A DNA stretch of 64,000 nt from contig OZ059894.1 in assembly GCA_964057225.1 (NCBI GenBank), positions 10,292,001-10,356,000 on the forward strand, read 5' to 3'. Positions within the stretch are counted from its first letter, which is position 1. Every line of letters begins with the position of its first letter. Below, in pieces: positions 13,496 to 24,696 of the stretch. The translations under genes were made by a program, and so were the position numbers. This DNA is from Auanema rhodensis (taxonomy: Eukaryota > Animalia > Nematoda). The notes under the pieces were generated by a model. The model was given only the letters and a program-made list of their open reading frames with translations. It was not told the DNA's origin and ran no database searches.

Positions 13496-16400
13496 CTACC
13501 AATAATTGTCTCGGCGCAAGCGAGCGGAGCTACCAAAAACTTTACTACACCCGGCCACCAGATGCTTGGCATCTTGCTTCTTGTCATCACTAGGTAGGTC
13601 GTCAATGAAACCAGTAATCTTCGCAACCATTTCTTCGTGAGTTGCTCCGCTTTCTTTATAAACCTTCATTTCTTGAGCCTTTTCAGATCCGAAAATATCC
13701 TCAGCGTAATGCTTGCATGCTGCTTTCAAATCCTCTCTAGCTTGTACTTTCACGTCTCCTTGAGCTGCAGAAAAGAATAACATAACTCTGTCATGAATAG
13801 CCTTTCTGTCTCCTTTCAGAGTTTTAAGTTCAGCTTTTTGCTCAGCAGTTGTCCAACTGAGGTATTTAGATAATTCTTCTTCAAATGAGTGTTCATGACG
13901 TTTTTTCCTTCCGATTACTTCATAAACTTTTTTGCATTTATCAGTGATTTTCTGGGCTTTCGCCTTCTTTTCTTCATCATCCATTGCATCGATGAGAGAT
14001 TGAACTTTGGCTAACATATCTTGTTGGCTTCCTCCAGATTCCTTAACGGCCTTAACCTGAGCATATCCGTCTTCTCCAAAAATGTCAAGTCCATAATGCT
14101 TGCAAGCACTCTTAAGCTCTTCAGTGGCAGTAGCCTTCACACTTCCTTCAGCTGATGAGAAGAATTCCATAACCTTCTTGTACACAGCATCCTTATCCTC
14201 AACATTTTCCAATTTTTTCAATTCTTCTTTTTGTTCATCAGTAATCCAAGTAAGGTACTTCTCAAAAGCTTCCTCGAGAGTGTGGTGGTGATCACGTCTC
14301 TTACGGCTGGCAACAGCTTGATAAACCTTTTGACACCCGGCTGTGAGCTTCTGGGCCTTGGTCTTCTTGGCCTCATCAGGTAAAGCAGCAATCAACTCTT
14401 GAATCTTAGCGAGCATAGCCTCTTGAGAGGCTCCAGATTCCTTAACAGCCTTGATTTGAGCTACACCATCGTCTCCGAAGAGATCGGCAGCGTAGTGCTT
14501 GCAAGCTCCCTTGAGTTCTTCAGCAGCCTTCTTCTTGGTTTCACCTTCAGCAGCCTCAAAGTACTCCATGACCTTTTTGTACATAGCTTCTCTATCTCCA
14601 GCCTCCTTGATCTTCTTCAGCTCATCTTTCTGATCATCAGTAGTCCAGGTGAGGTATTTCTCAAAGGCTTCTTCGAGAGTGTGGTGGTGATCACGTCTCT
14701 TACGGCTGGCAACAGCTTGATAAACCTTTTGGCATCCGGCTGTGAGCTTCTGGGCCTTGACCTTCTTGGTCTCATCAGGTAAAGCAGCGATCAGCTCTTG
14801 AATCTTAGCGAGCATAGCCTCTTGAGAGGCTCCAGATTCCTTAACAGCCTTGATTTGAGCTACACCCTCTTCTCCGAAGAGATCGGCAGCGTAGTGCTTG
14901 CAAGCTCCCTTGAGTTCTTCAGCAGCCTTCTTCTTGGTTTCACCTTCAGCAGCCTCAAAGTACTCCATGACCTTTTTGTACATAGCTTCTCTATCTCCAG
15001 CCTCCTTGATCTTCTTCAGCTCATCTTTCTGATCATCAGTAGTCCAGGTGAGGTATTTCTCAAAGGCTTCTTCGAGAGTGTGGTGGTGATCACGTCTCTT
15101 ACGGCTGGCAACAGCTTGATAAACCTTTTGGCATCCGGCTGTGAGCTTCTGGGCCTTGACCTTCTTGGCCTCATCAGGTAAAGCAGCGATCAGCTCTTGA
15201 ATCTTAACGAGCATAGCCTCTTGAGAAGCTCCAGATTCCTTAATAGCCTTGATTTGAGCTACACCATCGTCTCCGAAGAGATCGGCAGCGTAGTGCTTGC
15301 AAGCTCCCTTGAGTTCTTCAGCAGCCTTTTTCTTGGTTTCACCTTCAGCGGCTTCGAAGTATTCCATGATTTTTTTATAAATAGCTTCTTTGTCATCTGC
15401 CTTGGTTTTCAAATCTCTGAGTTCGCTTTTCTGTTCTTCAGTAGTCCAAGTTAAGTATTTTTCAAAAGCATCTTCTAAACTGTGGTGATGATGATCTCTG
15501 CGTTTACGACTAACTGCTCGGTAAATCTTGTTACAGACTGTGCTCAGTTTCTGTGCTTTTCCCTTTTTTTCTGCATCGGTAAGACCATTGATGAGCGTTT
15601 GAATCTTAGCTACAATATCATCATGGCTTCCTCCAGACTCCTTCAAAGCTTTGATTTGAGCTACACCATCTTCTCCGAAGAGATCGGCAGCGTAGTGCTT
15701 GCAAGCTCCCTTGAGTTCTTCCGCAGCCTTCTTCTTGGTTTCACCTTCAGCAGCCTCAAAGTATTCCATAACTTTAGCGTATAGAGCATCTTTGTCTCCA
15801 GATTCCTTCAACATTCTCAATTCTCCCTTTTGAGCTTCTGAGGTCCAGCTTAAAAACTTTTCGAAGGCCTCCTCGAGAGTGTGGTGGTGATCACGTCTTT
15901 TACGGCTTGTAACAGCTTGATAAACCTTTTGGCATCCAGCCGTGAGCTTCTGGGCCTTGGTCTTCTTGGCCTCATCAGGTAAAGCAGCAATCAGCTCTTG
16001 AATCTTAGCGAGCATAGCCTCTTGAGAAGCTCCAGATTCCTTAACAGCCTTGATTTGAGCTACACCCTCTTCTCCGAAGAGATCGGCAGCGTAGTGCTTG
16101 CAAGCTCCCTTGAGTTCTTCAGCAGCCTTCTTCTTGGTTTCACCTTCAGCAGCCTCAAAGTACTCCATGACCTTTTTGTACATAGCTTCTCTATCTCCAG
16201 CCTCCTTGATCTTCTTCAGCTCATCTTTCTGATCATCAGTAGTCCAGGTGAGGTATTTCTCAAAGGCTTCTTCGAGAGTGTGGTGGTGATCACGTCTCTT
16301 ACGGCTGGCAACAGCTTGATAAACCTTTTGGCAACCGGCTGTGAGCTTCTGGGCTTTGGTCTTCTTGGCCTCATCAGGTAAAGCAGCGATCAACTCTTGA

Positions 16401-17095
16401 ATCTTAGCGAGCATAGCCTCTTGAGAGGCTCCAGATTCCTTAACAGCCTTGATTTGAGCTACACCATCCTCTCCGAAGAGATCGGCAGCGTAGTGCTTGC
16501 AAGCTCCCTTGAGTTCTTCAGCAGCCTTCTTCTTGGTTTCACCTTCAGCAGCCTCGAAGTACTCCATGATTTTCTTATAAACAGCTTCTCTATCTCCAGC
16601 CTCCTTGATCTTCTTCAGCTCATCTTTCTGATCATCAGTAGTCCAGGTGAGGTATTTCTCAAAGGCTTCTTCGAGAGTGTGGTGGTGATCACGTCTCTTA
16701 CGGCTGGCAACAGCTTGATAAACCTTTTGGCAACCGGCTGTGAGCTTCTGGGCTTTGGTCTTCTTGGCCTCATCAGGTAAAGCAGCGATCAACTCTTGAA
16801 TCTTAGCGAGCATAGCCTCTTGAGAAGCTCCAGATTCCTTAACAGCCTTGATTTGAGCTACACCATCTTCTCCGAAGAGATCAGCAGCGTAGTGCTTGCA
16901 AGCTCCCTTGAGTTCTTCAGCAGCCTTCTTCTTGGTTTCACCTTCAGCAGCCTCAAAGTACTCCATGACCTTTTTGTACATAGCTTCTCTATCTCCAGTT
17001 TCCTTGATCTTCTTCAACTCATCTTTCTGATCATCAGTAGTCCAGGTGAGGTATTTCTCAAAGGCTTCTTCGAGAGTGTGGTGGTGATCACGTCT
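13496..17095 (-). repeat. Coding tandem repeat, ~399-bp unit x9 (NPA units)
   Basis: DHHHTLEEAFEKYLTW motif recurs about every 399 nt; five units are nearly identical at the DNA level. Confidence 0.95.
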
Positions 17096-19985
17096 AGTTC
17101 TTATTTCCTTAAACGCAAAACTACAGAATGCTTGACGTTATTGGTTCAAACCTTGACTTCCCATGCGAAATAACATAAATCACGGGTATGTTCAACTGTG
17201 TGCTTCTGGGCATCACTTAACCGGTCTTCTAATGATGAAATTTTTTCTTTCAGCTAAAAAGAAATGAACGTATTTATTTGAAAATAAGTATATACCTTTG
17301 TTACTTCACCATCGTTTCTCAAGTTTTTCAACTCAGTAAGTTCATCGGGAGTTGCTACCTCTTTAACCCATTTGGCACAAATTTCCTAGAGATCAAGCTT
17401 AGCCAATATAATGGTACAGTAGAATTTACCTTGAAGTCCTTCTTCAGTTCAGCTTGTCTACCTTCAGGCTGTGCCTTATAGATTTCTTTTATCTTAGCTA
17501 CGATAACATCAAATTCAGCTCCAGAATTTTCCAACTCCTACAGTCAAAATAAATATGAAGAAAGTAAAATAAGTATACAAACCTGAACAGAGGCTTTCTC
17601 TTCAGGCGAAAGCCACTTTATATACTCATCAACAGCTTGTAAATGTCTTCTTCTTCTTTGGCTATTTCTGGCGTGATGCTTATGATGGTCGTGATGATCG
17701 TGATTATCGTGATTATCATGATTATCGTGATTATGGTGATCGTGGCTGCCGTACCAAACTTTTTCACAGAAGGGAAGATCTTCATTTACTTTGGCCTTAA
17801 AATATATAGCATGTAAAGAGAGCTAGCATTACAACACGTACCTGTTTCTCAGCTGATAATCTCTTTATGAATTCGCGGACCTTTTCTTTACATGCACCAT
17901 GATTAGTCTCATGCAATTTATGTAAGCTCTCAATCTCTTCCTTAGTGGCTACTTCATCCATCCAAGCGTAGCATTTCTGAATAATTCAAAAATATATAGG
18001 ACAATATTTTCAGCATACCTTTCTCGTTTCTTCCTTAGCTGACGTTTTGGTATTGCTGTCAGTAGCTGACAAATATTTGAAAAGTTTTTCCTTGATTTCA
18101 TTTCTTGGTACACCTCTCTCAACCATACCTTTGATCTCCTGAATGAAAAAGTTAAAAAATAATTGATATTCAAACTTACATCTTGTTGTTCTTTGTTCAA
18201 CCAAGTCAAGTGTTTTTCAATTTTTTGCATAACGTCACGCTTCTTCTTGCCGCCTTGAAAAACCTCTTTGCAAATCTGTACATAGTCTATTTTCTATCAG
18301 TCTTATAGAAACAAAGCTAACCTCAGATATTTTAGCTGCTGATTCCTTAACTGAGCCATCTTGGCGCTCAATTAGAGCCTTGATGAGGCCTTCAACCTAT
18401 AACAACACACATGAAAAAATCACAAATATTCATATTAAACCTCAACAAAATTTTCTGCTTCATGTGCTTTCTTAATTGAGGCGATTTCTTCGGGAGTGCC
18501 AATCTTGGTGAAGTATGCCTGAAGAAATTATGTAAGAAATTTCATAGAAATAATAATAGTTTACCTTGCATTTAGCTTTGTATCCTTCTCTGAGCTCCTT
18601 CTGCTTATCTTCAGGAAGAGATTTGAAAAAATCCATAGCTTTCTCTCTTTGCTCTAACAAAGATTTACCAGCGGATTTCAGTTCACCTATAAGCATTGCT
18701 CGGCATAATGTATGTTTTTTTTGAATTAAGAGCTCCCAGGGGAGAACATTTCAAAAATTTTGAGACATCCACAATGTTCTGAATATGTTTACTAACCCAT
18801 TTGTTTTTTCTGATCATCAGTCATCCACTCAATGAAGTCCTCTGGAGAGGGATCTACACTGCGAACGCCCCGGGAATACGCTTCAAAAACCATTTGGACA
18901 CTTTCGTCATCAAATTCCTTCAAATTACAATTTAACATTGCTTTCAATAGTACGGACATAATTATTTCATAACAAATTTAGAACTCACCGAGTTGATAGA
19001 TCTTCTTGAGCGAGCAGCATCATTAAGAGCATCGCATTCGCTCTATAATTAACTTTAGTTTATTTTAAGAAAAATTTGCTTACTCTCCAAATAGCGATAG
19101 CCTTCTGTTCTCTCTCAGTGGTCCTGCTCTCATACGACTTCATCTTCTGTTTAGCAGCGGCCGCATCAGAGGCAAAGAGTTCCTTCAATTCTGATAATTC
19201 TTCAGATGAAAGAGCCTGATCATTGCCGAATTTTAGAGGGGATTCAATACAAAACATGCATACCTTTTCTAACCAAGAGTTGCAACGAGTACGATAGTTC
19301 TCATCCCAAACCTTACGAGTCTCGTCATCTACTCCCTTATAGAATTCCATTACTTTATTTTTGAATTCTTCCATGTTTCCACGAATCTTAATGAAGATAT
19401 TTTTATAAAAAAAATTGGTAATAGTCACTCACTGGTTCAAGAATTTCTTTTTGTTCATCATTCAACCAACTATCCAAAGGAGGCAAAAACTTAGCACTGA
19501 AAAGAATTCAATTTTGTTTTTTATCAAAGTTCTCTAGTTAAGGATTTGTGTCATTTTTGATTTCGAATAAAGATTAAAAACAAGAAAGATTTGAGAATTA
19601 ATGCTGGCATTTGAAATTTAAATGTGACCAATTGACATCAAAATAGGGCGATAACAAGATCTAACATGGTTTGATGAATTCTTATCATAAACACAATAAA
19701 CAAAGCTTTTTAATTAAACGTTAATACAAGCGAATTAGACGATAAAAAAGTTGACTGTCATAAATTCATATATGTATATTCGACTAACCTAGCATCTTCC
19801 GGTTTAGCATGTCTACTTGAACGTAACCTTATATTGGCCGAAACCTGAAAATAAGATGCTAATGAGGATTTATTTATTAGGAATGTACAAATATATTAGA
19901 ACATTTGTTTGGATGTTGTGAAATTCTTTAAAAAACTAAAACTTACCAATGCAATGCCCAAGAGGGCAATACAAAGGACTCGCAT
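13496..19985 (-). CDS. npa-1: Nematode polyprotein allergen/antigen (ABA-1/gp15-400 family fatty acid and retinoid-binding polyprotein), 13 units, roughly 1800 aa
   Basis: Signal peptide MRVLCIALLGIALVSA from ATG 19985; four divergent intron-split units; final exon ~17107-13496 with nine ~133-aa units separated by RKRR/RTRR/RKKR convertase sites; conserved W and two Cys per unit; AATAAA ~75 nt after the stop. Confidence 0.96.
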
Positions 19986-20039
19986 GTTAATACCGAATGA
20001 GCTCGTCGCACTGAGGCTGTACAAGGGACTCTACTCTTG

Positions 20040-20127
20040 AAATATATCGACTGACTTCGTTATCTTTCTATAATTATCAGTGCACAACATAGAGCTGGTT
20101 TAATATTCAAAGTCAAGACTGATAAGA
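20040..20127 (-). promoter_or_regulatory. npa-1 proximal promoter with two inverted ACTGATAA (GATA/ELT-2-type) sites and a TATA-like element
   Basis: TTATCAGT at 20074-20081 and ACTGATAAGA at 20118-20127; TATAT ~60 nt upstream of the ATG. TGATAA sites typify nematode intestinal genes, and NPAs are made in the gut. Confidence 0.55.
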
Positions 20128-20614
20128 CAAGTTGTTCATGAATTGTCAACAAGCACTTCACGATTTCGCAATTGGCTTTCCTCGTTTTTAAATACAAAAT
20201 ATGAATGCATCTTCGCCTAGTCTATAAAAAAAGAATCAACCGCATTCTTGTAATTATTCTTTCAAAATGCCGTATGTTTACGTGAAATATGCATAATTGT
20301 ACACCTCGGTCGCGTAGACTTACAGTACAAGTCAACAGACAATTACTGATTTCTAACGAAGATTCATATTCAATTATAATACCATATAATATACACGTAT
20401 AATGCACACATATATATATATATATAAACTTGTCAACTATGTGATTAGTGGCACATGTTGTATTTTGATTTTAAATGTGCTTTAGGCTGAACTTTGTGTG
20501 CCTTTCTGTTGACAGATAAGATAAATACTAGCAGACATTAAACGTAATTATTCTAGACCAACTATATCACACAGAGTAAAATATTGGAAAGATTTTATTC
20601 TTCAATAAAAGAGT

Positions 20615-21109
20615 TTATAATCTTTGCAGATATCGAGAAATCACATCTTCAGATCCAGGTCTGCAAATATGCATAGATTAGGAATAGAAAAACAAATTGG
20701 TTTTACTTGAATCGTGCAAACTGCTCCGTAGATGATTTTAAATGAATAGCCCCTGTTCGATTTGCGCTAAAACACAATAAAATATGGAAAGTTTCTCATG
20801 TTATCAAATATATCTATTAATTAATCGATAATCTATGATGAAATAATAATAATTTAAATCGGCTTGATAAGATAAATGTTAAAAACAATTTGTTCAAAAA
20901 TCGTAAAATAAAAAAATTCTAGCTGATAGCAAATTGATCCTAATTTCTTGAATTGAATCTTTTTTCTTATTATTGGGCAGTCGAATTAAATGGACAATGT
21001 TATGTTCATACCTGATAGTTTGAGTAGAATAGAAACGAGATATTGTACCGAAGATTGTTAAAAAGCCAAGACAGAGAAAGAGGGATATAACGAGAAATAA
21101 ACGAAACAT
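20615..21109 (-). CDS. Small secreted or signal-anchored protein, 67 aa (MFRLFLVISLFLCLGFLTIFGTISRFYSTQTISANRTGAIHLKSSTEQFARFKPGSEDVISRYLQRL)
   Basis: Exons 21109-21012, 20766-20707 and 20660-20615 are phase-consistent, with canonical gt..ag introns (second is 46 nt); TTTTAG just before the ATG; AATAAA ~16 nt after the stop; hydrophobic N-terminus. Confidence 0.62.
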
Positions 21110-23039
21110 TGTCTAAAATAAAGTTGTATTAAATTAATTTTCAGAACTCGTTGACATCTTGAAAGACAAATCAAATTAGATTAGTTTTCTTATTTCTGCA
21201 CCATAGCTTGAGTGGAAACGAAATTCATTAAATTCATCTAAATCACATGGCTACTTTATTCGATTTTTTTCAAGTCAGACTTGTGAATATGATTAATTCT
21301 CTAAAATGGGAACAATTTAAGAAAGAAAGAAGATGCATACGACCTTTAGAAATTTGAAACTAGGCTTTTTAAAAGCATGTAAGGATTACCACTGTGATTT
21401 ATAGTAGCAGAAATTTAATCACTCACCTGCAGTTTCTGACTTAGTAAATTGTATTTTTCCAGATTTCTACATTGAAACACTTCTAAACGGAATACATAGA
21501 AAAGAGTTCAACAGAAAAGCTAAAGAAATAGCTTCACAGTAACTAGCACAATTAATGAAGAAAAAAGAAAAGAGGATTCAAAATATATTTATTTACAAGG
21601 AAGTATTAATGATGGGTGTAACTGAAACTAACTCAACAGAGAATTACACATATGCATGATAAATTTAACAATGTCAAACTGGGATGAGGTTAAGCGCGGA
21701 AATTATTGAAAAACCAGAAGAAATACAGATTAAAGTTATTGGAAATCAATTCTTATACATATATATATATATATGTATAATTTTTTAAGCAACGTACTGC
21801 TTTATCTAGACAAGATATAAATGCAAAATCTACAACTCTCAAGAAAACAAGAGGAAAAATAAAGAAGACCACTATCCAAATCTGCCTGAGATAACAAAGA
21901 TGAAGAGAGACTTCTTTCTCTCTTAGATGAAATCACATGTCATTTTGCCCTTTCTTACGGATAATGAATTTAATTAGAATGAAGAGCTGTTAGATTAATG
22001 TGCTCACGCAGAAAACTAATCTTGTTATATGAAGCGTGAGACAAACGTGCCACATTCAGATCACAAAACTGGCGAAATATACATCAACTTAATGAGTTAG
22101 TTCGAGAATCGAATAAAAGATTACTGAAGGACCTTAAAAAGCTCAGTGATGCTTTATAAACGAATATGCTCAACTATCCAGTTAGTATAGTTGCGTTCTT
22201 TCCAATGTAAATCAACAATACACATCCTTTATTGAATCCATACATTTCCCAATGCCAAATTCCTATTATATTTCCCTTTGTGAATTCCTAACAGCAAGTA
22301 GAATCCTCACAACAAAAAATCTTCCTTGCTGTCATATTCTCCTAGTAACAGATTTCAAGGGAATAAACTTAACATTGAAAAACAATGCCCATAATATTTG
22401 CTAAAACTTCTATAGCCAAATATTGCTCACTATCTTTTAATGTCATAATGATTCATATCATCTGTTCTCATCTTGTAGCTCTTGCAATAAACTCAGTTTT
22501 TTCAATCCCTCACAACGTATGACTATTCAGATCCTTGGTAATAGAAAGAATTCAGAAGACAAATATAAAATTGTTTCTCCATTTCTAGAATGTGCTACTA
22601 CTCTTATCACGTGGTTATGTTTCGAATATTTATAAATAGAATATCATACAACCGTCAAGGATGAATTCATATGACAAATAAAAGTGCATTTCAATCTTTA
22701 AATATTGGAAAATTGCCAAGAATAAGAATTTGATATGGTTTAATATTAATTAATACTCAAGTCCCCATACAAAATTTTTAACTCTTTAGAAATAGACCAG
22801 TCCACCCACACTCGTGACGCCATCGATTGAAAGTAGAATGTTTACATTCTTCGAATGTCATATGACTATGAAACCCCTCCCATTATAATATCTATATGCT
22901 TGAAAAGTTTAAAAAACGCGAATATGAACAGAACCTTTCTATATCAGAAAGATCACATTGTACCTGTAGATATGTTCATTAACTAACATTTCCCGTAGGC
23001 ATAAATATTATGAACTTTCATATCAAAAACATGGTGTGT

Positions 23040-23095
23040 GCGCTCCCAATGGCGCGGCAGAATTCCCGCCCGCGCGCGGTTTCATATATAAATCA
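23040..23095 (+). promoter_or_regulatory. Compact promoter: CCAAT box, E2F/DP-type site TTCCCGCC, GC-rich tract, TATA box
   Basis: CCAAT 23046-23050, TTCCCGCC 23063-23070, TATATAAA 23085-23092, ~90 nt upstream of ATG 23184; local CpG-rich island. Confidence 0.6.
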
Positions 23096-23183
23096 CGCGC
23101 GACGCGTAGCGTTATTTAGTCACGTCTTTTCGTTGCTGTGTGTTCGGTCTGTTCTATTGATTTTTCGCAATCAGTATTTCAAG

Positions 23184-23681
23184 ATGCAGTATCATTCGAT
23201 TTCTCCCTGTTATTCAAATCCAAGTGACGACGAATTTGTTCCCGAGTCGTCACCAACTCAACTACTCTCTCTTGCCATCAAGAAGCGCCGTGCTCTGTTC
23301 GCTAGGAAGGATCGCAACTACCATCAAGAACTACTCCAAACTGGATTTATTCAATCACTCTGTAAGCATTTGGGTGAACGTAGGGCTCGCCGTAGAAAGC
23401 GCGGTTCTAGTAAAACTTCCAAAAATGTTTTGCCTAATGTAAATTCGGCTTGTTCCGAATCGCATAAGGTCCCTGTTGCTCTTGTTGAACCAGTCCTTCA
23501 GACTCCTGAACCTACGTCTAAACGAATACGATTGAGTTCCGATGATGATCCCTTTGGGTTGGACCACTTTTTTGCAGAATTGAACGAAAAGAGGAAGTTA
23601 GGACTTGGTAAGTTTGTCATTCTTTTTATTACATTATATTTTACTTTTATAGAATGTCATCGTGTAGCTGTGAAGTGCTGA
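23184..23681 (+). CDS. Small nuclear protein (~150 aa) with SERTA/IER-like N-terminal motif, basic NLS and acidic C-terminal motif
   Basis: ATG 23184 lies downstream of the TATA box (ORF-track start 23010 is upstream of it); 45-nt gtaagt..tag intron 23608-23652. QLLSLAIKKRRALFARKDRNYHQELLQTGFIQSL resembles SERTA/IER helices; RRARRRKR NLS; DDDPFGLDHFFAEL acidic motif. Family call is by eye. Confidence 0.7.
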   Translation: MQYHSISPCYSNPSDDEFVPESSPTQLLSLAIKKRRALFARKDRNYHQELLQTGFIQSLCKHLGERRARRRKRGSSKTSKNVLPNVNSACSESHKVPVALVEPVLQTPEPTSKRIRLSSDDDPFGLDHFFAELNEKRKLGLGKFVILFITLYFTFIECHRVAVKC

Positions 23682-24696
23682 TGTTCCAAAATGTTAAGTG
23701 GATCTACGTTATTTATTTCTATCTGGTGCAAGTTGTTTCAAATTGTTCTGCGGGTAGCGCTAGATGGTCTTGTACATAATTTGTTATATAGCTAAATAAA
23801 GTTCGTTTTTGTTTAACATAGATTTAGATTCGTGGATTTTCTCGGAGCACATTGTACGAAACGGGCTGAATCAGATAAGATTTTCTTAATCTAATATACA
23901 TTCTTAGGCGTCAGCGCGCACTATAAGACGATCATGTCTGGGACATAGTCACGGCGTGACAGGTTTTTTTTATTTTTGACGCTTAGGTTGTTATTTAGTA
24001 ATGTCTATTCGATGGAAATGAGCAACTTCCTCATGGACCGGTGTTAGAGCTAGTTTACAGTATTAAGATCATTGAATGTGAAACCAGTGCATTGTCATAA
24101 GCAGCACGTGATTCATTAAAGTGAGTATCTAAATAGTAATACTTGTTGATTAGATGCATCTGCCATGCACGTTTATTGCAACAGTCAAGAGTCTTCTCCT
24201 ATGATAGGAACTAGGACTTTATGTTAAGCACCACTGATCATGATTTCTTGAGAAATCATGGTTCGTTTGTGAAGGCAGGATACGTTTTTCATTGCCAGCT
24301 CAAGAGAGGTGGGAAAAAGTCTAGATAGTGTTTTAGCTATTGGTTTGCGCGAGGGGTTAAGAGTCGTTTGGCATGATTAGACGTGGTTGGCGTTGGTATT
24401 GGTATATATACAACTAACGATAAAAAGGATCTCATGATTCCCACAGAAGATTTATACAATAAGGTGATAACTAACAGTTTTGCAAAGCCGAACAGAGTGC
24501 AGCTATTGGGTTCCCAGTTCAAAATCTAGAGCATGAAGCTTTCAATAAGCCACAAATTCTAAAACTGCCGCATACATAATGAACGACTGCTCTTCTAATG
24601 GGAAATATGCCACAAAGAAGTGTACTGGAATAAATATCATTTGTACGAGCGGCTGCGAATCCGTGATAGTAAGCTTGAACAATTTAACTTGTTAGC

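Noticed and set aside
14100-17173. Repeated 100-127 aa ORFs on the plus strand (MNLSEHSLLR...)
   Set aside because: Antisense shadows of the npa-1 coding repeats with TTG starts; explained by codon bias and repetition.
21460-22160. Exon-like coiled-coil fragments on the plus strand
   Set aside because: Could not be joined into a phase-consistent model.
23903-23987. Single TTAGGC and short inverted repeat near the satellite edge as a DNA-elimination break site
   Set aside because: One telomeric hexamer is expected by chance, and no matching motif was seen on the other flank.
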